A DNA stretch of 63,454 bases, filler included, from Diploschistes diacapsis (lineage: Eukaryota), in assembly GCA_023645945.1 (NCBI GenBank). It is 7 parts of 7 records of this genome, joined end to end, with 100 filler letters (N's around TTAATTAATTAA, not from the genome) between each part and the next. Parts side by side here need not be neighbours in the genome. Positions count along the whole stretch, not along the records: positions 36,352 to 45,324 come from JALAIB010001089.1; positions 45,425 to 54,392 come from JALAIB010001090.1; positions 54,493 to 63,454 come from JALAIB010001091.1; 4 more parts are not named here. One strand, written 5' to 3'. Made by a program: the position numbers and the translations under genes. This document shows positions 45,018 through 58,000 of the stretch, piece after piece (the first letter of the stretch is position 1; every line of letters begins with the position of its first letter). The notes beneath the pieces were generated by a model that saw only the letters and a program-made list of their open reading frames with translations, was not told the origin of the DNA and did not search any database.

Positions 45018-45324
45018 ATAGGAGCATGTTTGTATCATAAATGATTTGGTTTAGCGTTGTGGCGCATCGGGCTCCTCAAAGAAGTTATTCAGACGCTGAA
45101 ATGTAGATAGATAGTTTGCAAATGGTAATGTCTATCTATAGACAACACCGTAAAATGCTTGCAAATGCAGAAAATAACATCCTTATCTAGAAAAAGTAGC
45201 AAAGTGCTCGCTAATGCAGAACAAGAACCTTGATTTCACGCCCCTTCCATCCCAACCACCTTTCCCCTATCGCCCCTTCACCCCTCACTCCTACTCTCCC
45301 CTCTCAACCTCATCCCTATACCTC

Positions 45325-45424
45325 NNNNNNNNNNNNNNNNNNNNNNNNNNNNNNNNNNNNNNNNNNNNTTAATTAATTAANNNNNNNNNNNNNNNNNNNN
45401 NNNNNNNNNNNNNNNNNNNNNNNN
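45325..45424. other. Artificial contig linker
   Basis: N44-TTAATTAATTAA-N44. Confidence 0.98.
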
Positions 45425-48291
45425 TCCCCGTCCCCCTCCTCCTTGCCCTCATCCTTCGGCTTCGTGTTAATCTCCCTCTCTACCTTCACCTTCACCGGCG
45501 CCGCAGGACTCGTGACGCTCTTCTTAATCTCTGCCGGCCTCGTGGGGATCCCCTTCCTATTCACCCCTCCCCCACTAGCGTTACCAGCCGGACTCTTCAT
45601 CGCTGCGAGCCCCTTGTTCAGGCCTTTGGGCAGAGGCGGCTTCGTCTTGGCCACTCTCTGCGCCGACAGCCAGCCCGCGAAGTCCGGCTCGCCGCCGTCG
45701 TCGAAGGGTGTCGGCGACGCTGCTGGCTTCGTGAACGTTGAGGTGATATTGGGGTTCGTGGAGTTGGGGGTCTCGCCAAGGGCGTCAAAGAAGCTAGCTC
45801 CGTCTTCGTTCTCGTCGGGCATGTCCCCCCAGGCGTCGTCGAAGCCCGTGTCTTGGTCGTCTATTGTAGTTGAAGTTGTGTCTGTGTATGCTGGTGTCCG
45901 GATGGGGGGAATGGAGGATACTCGTGCCGGGTTTGGGCCGGAGGTCGTGGCGGAGGAGGTCAGGGCTAGGCGGGCGAGATTGCTGGCTGAGGAAGTGGGG
46001 CGACTTGTAAAATCGAGACTGGGAGTTGCTGGGGAGGAGGTAGAGCGGTTGAGCGAAGGAATAGTTGGGGTGTTGCCGTTAGTTTTGGAGGCGTTGGGTT
46101 GAATATCGCCGCTTGCAGCGGCAAGCTTGTTCGTGAAAGATGAGATAGCCCAGCCGGTCCAGGAAGCGGTATCTGTGGATGGCGTGCCCATTCGAGGTGT
46201 CCCGCCGCTTGTAGTCGGGGCTGCGCTAGCTGGCGGTATGGCAGTTTCGGGAAGGCTAGCGCCGTACTTACGGACACAGGCCAGGTAGATGTCGAGGGTT
46301 TTCGATGCCTGTTCGCGGACGATCCTGCATGACTGTAAGCTACTGCATGCGAGCAGCGAAGGGAAATTGTACTTTTCTTTGTCAATGAGCGAAGGACAAA
46401 CAACCGGTAGAAGTTTGTTGGCACAGTCTTCTTCGGAAAAAAGATCTGATGTTGCAGCTAGGGCTTGTAAGGCTGCACTGCGACCATGCACAAAGGGGTC
46501 TCGTAGTGATCTAGAGAAGGCAGCGATAAGCACCTTAGATCGAGTCTGTGATTATTAGTAACGGTGTTAACGAGCAGTTCCATGAGCATACGGAGGACCC
46601 AAGGTTTCTAGCAATTTTCCCTAGACATATGGTTGTATTTGTGCGGATCCCGGGCTGCTCATCGCTGGCTGTCTTTGCAAGGCACTTCAGTAGCTCTCCG
46701 TTAATGACTCTATCGGAGAGTTTGCTGATGAGTGTAAGTACGGCCTTAACCGTCTGCTCGCGAACCACCGGAGCGGAGTCCGAGAAGCCTGTCGTCTGCG
46801 CCATCTTCAGCTTAGGTTTGCAGGAAAATTCGAAGGGTCATACCACTTGTGGAAAGATCTTGTCAGTCACGAGCTTTTGTGAAAAATGATCTATCATAAG
46901 AGGCAGGTTGTCAAGTAGAGAAACACGCATTTGTCGGTCTTGGCTGGCAAAGAGTCGCAGAATGACAGGATTGAGACGTGACTGGAATTCATCGTCTGGT
47001 AGCTTTTGGCCTATTTTCATCACATAGCTGAACATCTTTGGCCCACCTCCACCGAATTCGACAGACTTGAGGAGTTCCGGCAATATCTTCATCTTGAAGA
47101 AATCTTCGGGAAAGTCGTCCGAGACTTCGTCGAGTTCACTATGTGCGTTAACAGCTTTTTTCCCCGAACAAAACTCCCATCATACCTTAGTAGCTCCTCC
47201 TTTTCTGAATCACTCTTCAAGTCAAGACTATCGACACCATCGGATAGCCTGATTAATGCCGTTTCGAAAAAGCCGCCACTTCTGCGCCCCTGCTCAAGGA
47301 AATGCGCCACAGTTAGCCTAGCCTTGGGGTTCGCATTTAATAGCCGCTTATAGGGTTGGTGCATGCTTGGTGGAATGTTCTTCGTTTGGCCAGGGTTATC
47401 CATCCCGAGGGTACTTTCATTGAAGACTTCATAGATCAGAAGCCCGTAGCCGTAAGAGTCGGTCGCCGCTACTGGATGATTTTTGATTGATTCCCATCCA
47501 GTCCGCGAGACCTCGGGTGGAGCATAACGGTTTATCTCAGGTACCTGGCCTGCGTAGTTCTACAAGTGTCAGTGGCATTTCCCAGAAAACTTCGCGCTCA
47601 GACATACAAATATCACTGCATTGTCGTCCTTCAGAGACGACATTATATCTAGACCACCTAACCTCCATTCGCCACTTTCACTAGTAAAGACGGAAGAGGT
47701 CCTGACGCTACCATGAACAGAGGCTCCTTCATCATTGATAAATTTCAATGTTTTCTGCGCCCCTTTAGTGACGCCGAAATTCGGCCACAAGAGATTTCAG
47801 CGAACAGCAATAGTATAGAGGCCCCATTTTAATGTTTCCGGGCTCAAGCTCTTCCGCCGTACGTGCCATGTCAGCGGCGTCACTCGCTCCGTTGCAACGT
47901 AGATATATCCATCTGTCTGCGCCAGCATTAGCTGTCATTAATGGATCTCGATTCTCAGCGCCCACTTCAACCGTATCCAGAACTCGTACAATACCAGGGT
48001 GCCTCAGAGTCTTCAACTTGCGAACAGCGTTTCGTGCGAGTGTTAATCTGGACTTGTTCGTGGTAATATCAAAGCAGAAAATGCTGCAGTTGGAACCATC
48101 TTCCTGGTCAGGCAAATGTCAGAATGCAGTCATACAACAGAGCAGATTACAGCACTAGTGTCACATACCCGCTTGGTTCCGTTCTGCAGTGTCCAGAAAG
48201 ATTGTTCCAAGTCCAGGCGGTCACCGAACGTGTAGGGAAAAGGTGGCCCCTTCGAGATGGCAGATGCTACCGCCGACTTGAGGAAATCCAT
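45425..48291 (-). CDS. CEX1: SCY1-like pseudokinase with HEAT repeats (Cex1/SCYL1 type), multi-exon, 3' end cut by the contig end
   Basis: MDFLKSAVASAISKGPPFPY; ARNAVRKLKTLRHPGIVRVLDTVE; SVFTSESGEWRLGGLD; KILPELLKSVEFGGGG; GFSDSAPVVREQTVKA; DEQPGIRTNTTICLGKIA; AFSRSLRDPFVHGR; WTGWAISSFTNKL; DFAGWL. Confidence 0.9.
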
Positions 48292-49302
48292 CACGAAGTC
48301 TGCTGCAGTTATACTGCAAAACTTCGTTCTAGCAAAGAATAGTTTCGAAGCTCACGGTAGGATGCAGTTCTACAGTAGGCGTTGATGCGATTCGAAGAAA
48401 TGTGGGTACAAGCCACGGACGGAAGAGCTTGGCAAATTCTTACCTTTTTTGGCTACGGAAAAGGGGTTGGGATAGTTCAGTTTCCTGGTGGGTGTGCAAG
48501 TAAAGCGTTACTAACAAATGGGATAGGGATTCATATAATCTCACTGTGCAAATTACCTCGTCGTATACATCTTCTGCTGCTATGTCTTCAAGCAGGGTTC
48601 ATAGCTCAGTATCGCAACTCCGTTGCTGACTCATTCCATTTATAAGATCCTTCCACTATATCCTTCCCTTCGTAGCAAGACCTCAGAGATCTAGTCCAGC
48701 ATTCCAGAGCAGAGCCTTTTCATTTTCCAAGCTCCCAATCCGGAAGCTCCTTACAAGTGGCACTCGAAGGTTCTGCCTGAAGGCAACGGTTGCTGAGCAC
48801 AAGGAGGTAGGTGAGACGAGGAGGGCTTGATAGAAGCGACAAAACCAGGCCTACTGGCACAGATATCCCAGTTTATCGAAATTAGTGAAGAAGAACTCAC
48901 CAGCGGAAGCTCTTGGGTAACTAACCTTTTAGTGAAAACCTAAATCAAAGCTATTTGGCAAGTCGCTTGTCAAGCACACAGTTTAAACGGGGCTTCCCAA
49001 CGGGGCGTTGCCAGTCAGAGCTAGAAGGTCGAGAATAATCCCCGAAGTTCTTTCTAATGGACTCACTAACGAAGCCATGAGGTTATGCAACGGCGGAGAG
49101 AGCTTCTAGGAAATGAAGCCGGAAAAAGCAAAAGTGGCAAAGGGGAATATAGACGGAACATAAAATACGATCATATCTATCTAATCATTTGCAATACAAG
49201 CAGATGAGAAGGGAAACCACCCCATACAACTCCATCAAACTTTGACAAAGTTCGTTTTGCGCAATACGAAGCACGCGAGTGATATCTTGATGGAATGTTA
49301 CA

Positions 49303-49911
49303 TTAACAGTTTGCCCAGGGGTTATCTTGGGGATCGAGCGTAAGGTCCTTCTCCATCGGGCTGAAGGATTTACTAACCGTTAGTGGGATGCTACCGTTAG
49401 GAGACATAGGGACGAACGAGTCTTCCTCTTTAACAGGCTTGAGTTCTCCATCTACAGGAGATGCTGGTGGGGATGAGGCTTCGTGATATTGTGAGCTCCA
49501 AGCGTTGCAGTTCTCTTTAGCATCTTTGCCATGATGATCCGTCATGCGTTGTGGAAGGGGTGGTTCTGGACCAAGACCAGAGATATTACCTTCGCTTTCG
49601 ATGTCCTCTGCTGACTTATGATCAACCCTAGGATTTTCCGAACGGAATCGAGGCATATCCGGTTCAAAGTCGGTTACTTTGGAAAGAACAGGAGCCAGCA
49701 TACTGGCAATGGCAGCGGGAATATCTTCATCAAGGATTGATCCAGCTTCAGCTGTTAGTGTCCTTCCTCTTACTTTGCAGGCTTGCATGACGCCAGTGGA
49801 AGCTACTATGCTTTCGTTGTCGCTTATTGAATCAGGGACCACGTTGTGTGCCTGAGACGAGTTAGTTGGAGCCTTTCGGTATGTCGTGTTCCGCGATCGA
49901 AAGAAGTTCAT
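49303..49911 (-). CDS. Hypothetical protein or terminal exon (202 aa, Ser/Pro/Glu-rich)
   Basis: Protein-like composition ending DLTLDPQDNPWANC; no recognisable domain. May be the 3' exon of a gene that also includes 51020-51409. Confidence 0.4.
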   Translation of the reverse strand: MNFFRSRNTTYRKAPTNSSQAHNVVPDSISDNESIVASTGVMQACKVRGRTLTAEAGSILDEDIPAAIASMLAPVLSKVTDFEPDMPRFRSENPRVDHKSAEDIESEGNISGLGPEPPLPQRMTDHHGKDAKENCNAWSSQYHEASSPPASPVDGELKPVKEEDSFVPMSPNGSIPLTVSKSFSPMEKDLTLDPQDNPWANC

Positions 49912-50338
49912 CTGGAATCTCTTGAGTGGTAGTACCAGCTCTCGGGACTGCGTAATCCACTTATAAGTACCATCCAGACAAGTGCATTGTTTGCATCAAA
50001 GAACAAAGAGTGATTGTGTCGTCCACATAAAGCAGGCTTCATTATTCAACTAAGCAATTGCAGGAGGTCCGCCAAACATTGGATCTCAGTATGAGTTATT
50101 TATGTGGAGGCTAATTTAGCCTGACAGCAGTAAACACTAACTACCTCGGCAGGCCGTCTTATTCTGCCTACTGTACACAAAAATTACATGATAAGTTCCA
50201 TGGTTCTCAAGATACTTTCTCAGTCATACTAATTTATATGCAGCCACAAGTGTTTATGGAACTAGCCCCTCTCTCCAGCCACATTTGTTTACATGCTTTT
50301 TTTATTGTTTTTAATCTTAACATTCTAATATTTTTTAG

Positions 50339-50940
50339 ATGCCTCGTTGTCTGCTCGCCCTGCGGCCCTCCCTGCCGCCGCCGCGGCCATGTTCGATGTG
50401 GTCGCCGACAACGATGAGCTGGGTCTTAAAGACCTCATGCTCTACGACGCCCTCTCCGCCGCTCTGGGTCGTGGTGTTGCCCCCTCGCCCGCCCCGACGC
50501 CTGCTGCCTCGCCGCCCCCTGGCTCGCCTGCCCTCACCGGATTTTAACGCGTTTTGGTCCTACGTGGATCATTTCTGGACGTCCAATCGGACGTCTGGAA
50601 GCATTACGTGGTATCGCTGCCGCCATTGGCGAAGCGGCGATGGCGATACGACACCTGCTACGCGGCGCTGCGGGTGAGTTTTATGGTCACTTATCATTAC
50701 GATCGGACGCGGAGATGGAGGAAGAGCGGAGGAGGAGCACGGCATGGGGGAGATTATGGGAGGTTTAAGAGCACGCTTTTAAGCTGCTTTTGGAGCATTT
50801 TAAGCATCTTTTGGTGCTTTAGAATCTATTTTCTATTGCGATATCGTCTTTATGGCCATGATAATGATCAAATTTTATTCATTTTATATTTAATTTTATA
50901 TAGTTCTGCGTATTTCTATAAGTGACATGCATTTGTATGC
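50339..50940. other. Compositionally foreign island (GC-rich 50339-50760 with T-rich flanks), possible TE fragment
   Basis: Abrupt GC jump after an intron-like TTCTAATATTTTTTAG; short Ala/Pro-rich reading frame; T-rich degenerate repeats (TTTTAAGC/TTTTGGAGC) downstream. Confidence 0.35.
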
Positions 50941-51866
50941 AAGTTATATAGAGATCTAAGTACCTGGCAGAGCCACAGCGAACTAGGCAGAATGCATCAC
51001 TAGGGCGCCATCAAATATGTTACCCAATTTTACAGTAGGCAGAATAAGACAAGCCACTACCTCTACTCCCTGAATGGTTCCGACTCGAAAGTTCATCCCA
51101 TCTCTTTTGACCTGCAACTTGCAAGCTTCTATGGTATACCGCAAGTCGCAGCATTTCCCTGACGAAATGAAGGTAAGATGATTGGATATTCTTTAGTTCC
51201 TTAAGACTCCCAGTGTTTGGGATGCCGTTGCTGCCAATGATGATCAACTGGTAAAAGGTCCGACTGCAAACACTTGTTCTAGGGTTTCGGGGAACCACGC
51301 CTTGGCTTTGATTGCAAGCAACCGATAGACTTGCGCGATAGCATCGCTTAAACCAAGACCCAGCACTTTTGGATGGCAAGAGAGGGTCTTCGAGGTCTGT
51401 GAAGGTCATTCAATTATCTGTATCCAGGTGCACATCAAATGAATGAAGGGCAACTCAACGGGGCTCTAGGTCGCCTCTGCTTCTATGATCTATGAGCCAA
51501 TGGCTGTTGCACACAACTAGTTGAGAACTGCAAATGACTGATTCCTTTGCTTTCTGACTTTGACAATCTCGGCTTTGCTGCTGGCGTGCCTGAAGCCTAG
51601 TAAACGAATGCAGACTGAGGGCTCAAAAAACTGAAAAGATCTGAGGCAATGCATACTTCTACTGGTTCAATTTATGCACGATCCGAAAACTGTTAACTGA
51701 CTTTATGCCGCTTATAGATTCTCTCTTCCTTAGGATCTTTCATTTGAGCCCATGGCGGGCGCTTTGTGGTGTTCCATTGTTACCATCTACGAGCCGTTGC
51801 CCTCCACAGGCTTGGTGATTTGCGGCCCTCTACGGTGACCCATCAGATACCGCTAGACACCGTATT

Positions 51867-54392
51867 ATGGCCAGGCCAGTCAGCGTCTCCCAGGGCCCAA
51901 CGACTTACGAATCAAGACCAAAATGTGCTGCTTGTGGAAAACCACCTACCACTGCTTTCTCGGAGCCTTTGCGACAGTGTACGTCATGCCAGAAACTGTT
52001 TCATCGAGATTGTCAGCTCAGAGCATCTGTGAATGGAACAATATGGATCTGCTCCACATGCAATAGACAGAAACGACAAACGCGGAGCTCACCCGGACCC
52101 GGAAAAGAAGACAATACTCTGCGCTCTCCAAAGAGAAGAAAATTAGCAGGAGGGCTCTTCGAGAACCGAACCTCAGCGCTTGGCAAAGTAATCATCGAAG
52201 CTCGAAAGGATCCTAAGCTGGAAAGCATTGTGCGAAAAACGGAGGATGTTCCTGGACCGACCTTTGATGCTTTCGAAACTCTCTTCAACAAGGCTGCTGA
52301 GAGCATTAGAAGTGAGCACCGGATTCCGCAGACCAACAATCCATATCAGATGCCAACCGCGAAAACGCAACATCAACCACCCCTGTCTTCATTCTTGAGT
52401 GGTCAATCGAAAGAACTGTCTCCTCCTTACAGCCCGCAGCGCCTGCCCGAAAGCGCAGAATGTCGATACTCGACGTCCGATGCCAGTGCGCAAATGAATT
52501 TTCAAGGGCCAGGATGGATGCGGCCGCCTGCTGCGCTTAACGCTGTAAACGACAACGGGGGTGATGATGATGCGATTCCTCTTGATAATTCCAGCGACTG
52601 TGAGGCTAGTGTGCCCGTTCGGCGGTTTCCATGCTCTCAGTGCATGAAGAATGTCATCACGAACCCAAACGTGACGACATGTGCCTCCTGCCTGAGTGGG
52701 AACACGATAATCTCACACGACTCCCCGACAGATACCCGCTTTGTATCTCCAAGTCAATCGAAAATTCAAGCTGCATCGAATAAGAAGATATTGCAGCACG
52801 ATGAAAGGATAGATGACATGTCGGATTCCCTAGACAATTGCATAAGAATCTCAGAGAAGAGCGGCACAAGTCAGATCCCTGGCAAGCGACGAGAGCACTC
52901 CGTAGTAAAGGAAGATACCATTCCTAAGTCGCATTCACGACTTCCACAGAGCACGATTACTAATAAAGTATCTCACTGGCAGCAGGAGATCCCCAGCCGT
53001 ACAATAGATCCGATTGCGGAAGAGAAAATATCACTGCCACCGTCGTCCGTCTCTCTGAACAATCGCGACAAAGATGTACCAACTATACCAGAAAACGAGT
53101 TATATCATCGCCTGCAAAAATCTAACCAGGAGATTGAGGATCTCCACATTCGCATCAGGAGTCTTTCAACACGAAACTCAGATTCACAGAAGCAGTATGC
53201 AAATGACTTGAATGCAAAGAACGGGAAAATAGAGCAACTCGGCAAAGCTTTAGAAGCTACTAAGCGCGTCGGTCAAAAGAGGATTCGGGAACTTCAGGTC
53301 GATAAAACAAAACTCAATGAACAGGAAGGAAGACCCGGTTGGCAAATGGAAAGAATCCATAATCTCGAGCAGGAATGCAACGCTTTACGCAGAGAAGAAT
53401 CACGTCGAGTTATGAACGAAAAGCATTTGAAGGAAGATACGGAAAACTGGAAGCAGAAATCGCAAGATCTCGAGAACGAAAAGAAGGCTCTAGAAGTAAC
53501 GATAGAAAAGACGAGGAGAAAAATTTTCAATCTAGAGCAGGAGTGCGACGTTATACGCAGAGAAAATGCACGCCGGTTTCAGCATGAGAAACATCTCAAG
53601 GAGGACGTTGAAAAGTGGCAGCAACAATCGCAAGATCTCGAAAGTGACAAGTCGGCTTTAAAAGCAGCAAAAGACAAGGCAAAAAAGAAGGCTTCAGCTC
53701 TGGAGCAAGAATTGAAAGACCTCAAAATAAATTCCACTCAGGCAGACGAGCAACAGTGGTTGGTAAACAAGTACTCAAAGCTAAATTGCGAGAACGCAAA
53801 CCTCGAGCGAGAAATCATCAACCTGAAAGCCCAACTGTTCGATCAAGCAGAAGAACCACCTGCGCGAACTCATCATGTAGCCAACGTGGCCGCCGCGGCA
53901 AGCCAAGGTGACTCGTCAATGCCGGACATTAATACCTGGAAGCCAGCCGTCCACCGTGACTGGCTCTCCGGTCTTCCTCTAGGCATAGCTCCATTTGACG
54001 CAGACGCAAAACGCGCCGAAATCGCAAATCGCCCGCGCAGGAAACACGAAGGCCTTATATCAACACAGGTTCGCAAAGAGCGTGGCCATCATCTCCATAC
54101 CGAGCCGCTGCGCTGGCACAAGCCCGTCATCAATGAAGCCAGCAGCAGTGACTTGGAGCACCACCTCTCCGTGCAGATTCCCCGCGACAAGCTCCCGTCC
54201 GAAGAGCGCTCCCTCTACAGCACCCACGACTTCGAGGCCGACGACGACGAAGACGACGAATTCACAATGCAAATCTCTCCGAACTACCACCGTCGTCGCG
54301 CCCGCAATCGCCGCCACAAACACAGCCACAACTACAACCACCATTACCGCCGCCGCCCACCGCCCAACACCCCACCCAACCCTATCTCTGAC
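51867..54392 (+). CDS. PHD-finger protein with a long coiled coil of 56-aa tandem repeats; 3'-truncated
   Basis: CAACG...CTSCQKLFHRDC...WICSTC (C4HC3); a second CSQC...CASC pair; repeats NLEQEC...EKHLKED..W.Q.SQDLE..K.AL. The ORF stays open to the gap. Confidence 0.75.
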
Positions 54393-54492
54393 NNNNNNNN
54401 NNNNNNNNNNNNNNNNNNNNNNNNNNNNNNNNNNNNTTAATTAATTAANNNNNNNNNNNNNNNNNNNNNNNNNNNNNNNNNNNNNNNNNNNN
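54393..54492. other. Artificial contig linker
   Basis: N44-TTAATTAATTAA-N44. Confidence 0.98.
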
Positions 54493-54690
54493 CTAAAAAA
54501 GAGCTCTAAAATATATGCAGAAAAGGGAGTTTTAATAATAAAAAATGTTATTACGTGACATGAATATTAAAGGAAATGCACATACAAATTTATATGAGAC
54601 CTAACTTAGCGTTATATGCAGATTAATTGTCAGCCCTACGAGGTTTGTATGGACGGGGTGGGGAGCAGGTGGTGCTCCTGAATCGCCTCG
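54493..54690 (+). repeat. Dispersed repeat terminus, copy 2 (homologous to 930-1125), at the contig start
   Basis: Aligned with 930-1125; the terminal 71 nt are identical. Confidence 0.92.
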
Positions 54691-55012
54691 GCTTTGGGAG
54701 CGGGCGGCTTCATCACTCAAAATTTGCGGAGTAAACGAAATTCCGAAAGAGTGCTAGCGCATGAGCGGCAACTTCAAGTCAATTCAGAGTGTATCCCCCC
54801 TCTCGCTCAGTAACTACCGATACAAGATCTCATCGACGACGTTTCTTCTCGGCTTCCGTTGAACGTGCTGGCCAGATGAACTGATGAATCTTCATTTTCT
54901 CTAGCGACCGCCGGCTCGCCGACGGTATTGCTCGAGCCCACAGCCTACTCCGCACCGCGGCCCCGCGCGTAAAGTCTACAACTTATCTCCACAACCATCA
55001 GGATATTTCACA

Positions 55013-58000
55013 ATGGCTGCCGGCTCCTTTCGATGGCTGGGTGGCCCTCTACCACGTCAATATCGCACGCCATCCCCGCCGATTGAGTTCCACGAACCAA
55101 TCTCACCAATAGCGCCCACGCCGGCTGCGAAGATATTGCCAAGCCCATCTCTTCAACAATGCACAAACCCAAATCATCACCATACAAGCTTCTACAAAGA
55201 TTATCGTCAACATAGCAGTATATTGGAAAGAGTCGGAGCTAAAAGAGGTGGACTAGAAACGTTTGCGTCAATCGCGCTTGCCGCTGACGAAGCTCCGCAG
55301 CGAGATAGCGTTAACGTACATCAAGAGCATTCCGCAAAACCCTTTCCATCCTCGACAAAATGTTACCAGCGTGAGAAACATAGTGAAGCGGCCTTCCGCA
55401 ATCCCCCATTTTCGGGTGTTGCCGCAAGTCCCGCAGACGTGGGAAGGCAAACTACACTAGACACACGGAGACTAGAGGCAGAGTTGCTCCTCAATTTTTC
55501 TCGTGAAGCATGCTTTGCAATACCCAAAGCCTCTCCAACACTACGTCGCCCCTCCACATCGCAGACACATCCTTCAAATTACCAGCTTTCGCCGCAAGCT
55601 AGCTTTTCGACCCCTCCGCAACCGCTGTTTGTGTTTGCTCAGGATCAGCGACCCGAGGATGCATTCCAGAACTCACCGGGCAAACATGCTCCCAAACCAC
55701 CTGCTCTCGATCCTATGGCTCTTGCGCCTAGATCTCTCCATCTTCTCGATAAATACTCAAGTCGCACGGTTGCTCCAGATCGGTTTGAAATTGCGTCACC
55801 GGCGAGGCAGGCGGTTGGACCAGAAAAGGGCATTGGACTTGGCCTCGACCTAGAGCAATCGGGAAATTGGCAGATTTCAGACTTGGCTGAAGCGATAAAC
55901 TCGAAGATAAGCCGGCTTTCGCAAGATAACAAGCAAGAAGAGCAAAGTCATACGCATCTTACACCGCCAGCGCCTTTAAACAATGAGCTAAAAAACCACG
56001 TTTCGGAGCCTGTCTTTGTGGAACATTTGGTTTCAGACTTGCCGGTCAAGCTCACTGAATATACCGTCCCTGAATCATCATCACGGATTGTTCCAAGCTC
56101 ACCAAAGCCGATCCTGAAAGAGATGGGCAGTGGAGTTCAAAAATCCAAACAGGTCGACTCCCCATTGATTTGCGCTTCATGCAACTTCTCCCGTAATGTG
56201 TTACCTGGAGAAACGGAAGCCGACGCAACTTCTTGGATCAGCTGTGACGGATGCAGGAAATGGTTCCATTTCGCATGCGCTGGATTCAGGAGCGAACGGG
56301 AAGTGAGAAACGTTGATAAATACCGCTGCAAAGCCTGCAAGCCGATCCATGGAGCAACGACCTATGTTCGAAAATCTGCACGCGCGCACAGTGCTATTGA
56401 CTATGCGGGCTTAAACGAAGGAATCATCAAGACTTCAGATGAAGACCCCGAGCATCACTATGTCAAGGACTTCAAGAACGGAAAGAGGTTTACTCCAGAG
56501 ACGTTTGCCCGGATGAGGCCAGAGCTCGTTACAGCGGATTTTTTCAGTCGAGGCGATGGCATGAAGGAACCCATTCTGATCCCTGCCGCCTTCAATCCTA
56601 GGCCTCGACCGATTCCTCATATTGATATACCTTCTGACATCGAGGATGAGGAGGCGGAATTGGCAAATAGTGAAATCCTCCATGAGCGTTCTGCGCTCGA
56701 CTCTTGGCTACCGGAGCAGTTTGAGTATGAAATAGTTCAAGATGATGGGCAAGACGCTCTCGATATGGTTATTCCACAGGATCTCACCGTACGTAAAGTC
56801 ATGGAACTCTACGGTGCCGAGGAAAAGATTGACGTCATTGACGTCAAGTCTCAGAACGGCGAAGACAAGAAGTGGACCATGAAACGATGGGTTGACTACT
56901 ACGAGAGCAAGGGAGATAAGGTGGTTCGGAACGTCATTAGCTTGGAAGTCTCTCAGAGCAAGCTTGGACTATTGATTCGAAGGCCGAAGGTGGTCCGCGA
57001 TCTCGACTTGCAGGATGCCGTATGGCCGGCCGACTTAGTCGCAAAGGGCGAGTTCCCAAAGGTGCAGTTTTACTGTTTGATGTCGGTCGCTGATTGCTAC
57101 ACGGATTTTCATATCGACTTTGGAGGGTCGTCGGTCTACTATCACATTCTGAAGGGGAAGAAGACTTTCTTCTTCATTCCACCACACGAAAAGCACCTCA
57201 AGAAATATGAAGAATGGTGTAACTCTCCTGCGCAAAACTGGACTTTCCTAGGTGACCAAACGAAGGAGTGCTACCGGGTGGACTTGGAAGCTGGTGATAC
57301 TATGTTAATTCCGGCGGGCTGGATCCATGCTGTTTGGACGCCAGAGGATAGCCTGGTGATTGGTGGCAATTTTCTTACGCCTCTACACTACCCATTACAG
57401 ATTAGGGTCACTCAAATCGAGAAGGCCACCAATGTCGCTCGGAAGTTCAGGTATCCTCATTTCCAGAAAGTTCTCTGGTACTCTGCTTTTAAATACCTCG
57501 ACGAAGACCCCCTTCCTCAGAGTGTCGTTGAACTCTTAACTTCTGGTCAAGTCTTTCCAAGACCTCCGCTTTCCGTTAACGAGTATGAGGCGTGGGGCGA
57601 TGCTTCGCCAAGTGGAACAGAGAACTATCAAGCCAGATATTACGGTAAAGCGGAGCTCGACGGTCTACCAGAGCTCTGTCGCTACCTTCTCCGAACTGCT
57701 CTAATCGCAACTGGTAACCTTACGGAAGGCATCAGTGCGGAGACTAGGAATGCCGTGAAGCGATCTATTCCTAAAGCACAGGGCCATGGTGAACCCCTTG
57801 AAGCTATCAAGAAATTTGCCTTGTGGTGCACTTGGAAGCGTGGGAATGAGACTATTCCGTACTGGGCATATCCAGATTATGTACCCGAGGGAGGTGCGGC
57901 CGAGCAAACCGAGAAGAAAATGAGCATAAAAGCCCGCCGAATACTTGATCGTGAGGCAGCATATCAAGCTTTCAAGATTGCTCCTGATCGACAGTCCACT

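Noticed and set aside
9039..54448. TTAATTAATTAA recurring every ~9.08 kb as a biological periodic element
   Set aside because: It is always embedded in N44 runs and is a synthetic six-frame-stop linker. The periodicity reflects size-sorted contigs.
930..54690. The two repeat copies as direct-repeat borders of a giant element (e.g. a Starship) carrying the intervening genes
   Set aside because: They are on different contigs, the intervening genes are core housekeeping genes, and no tyrosine-recombinase captain is visible.
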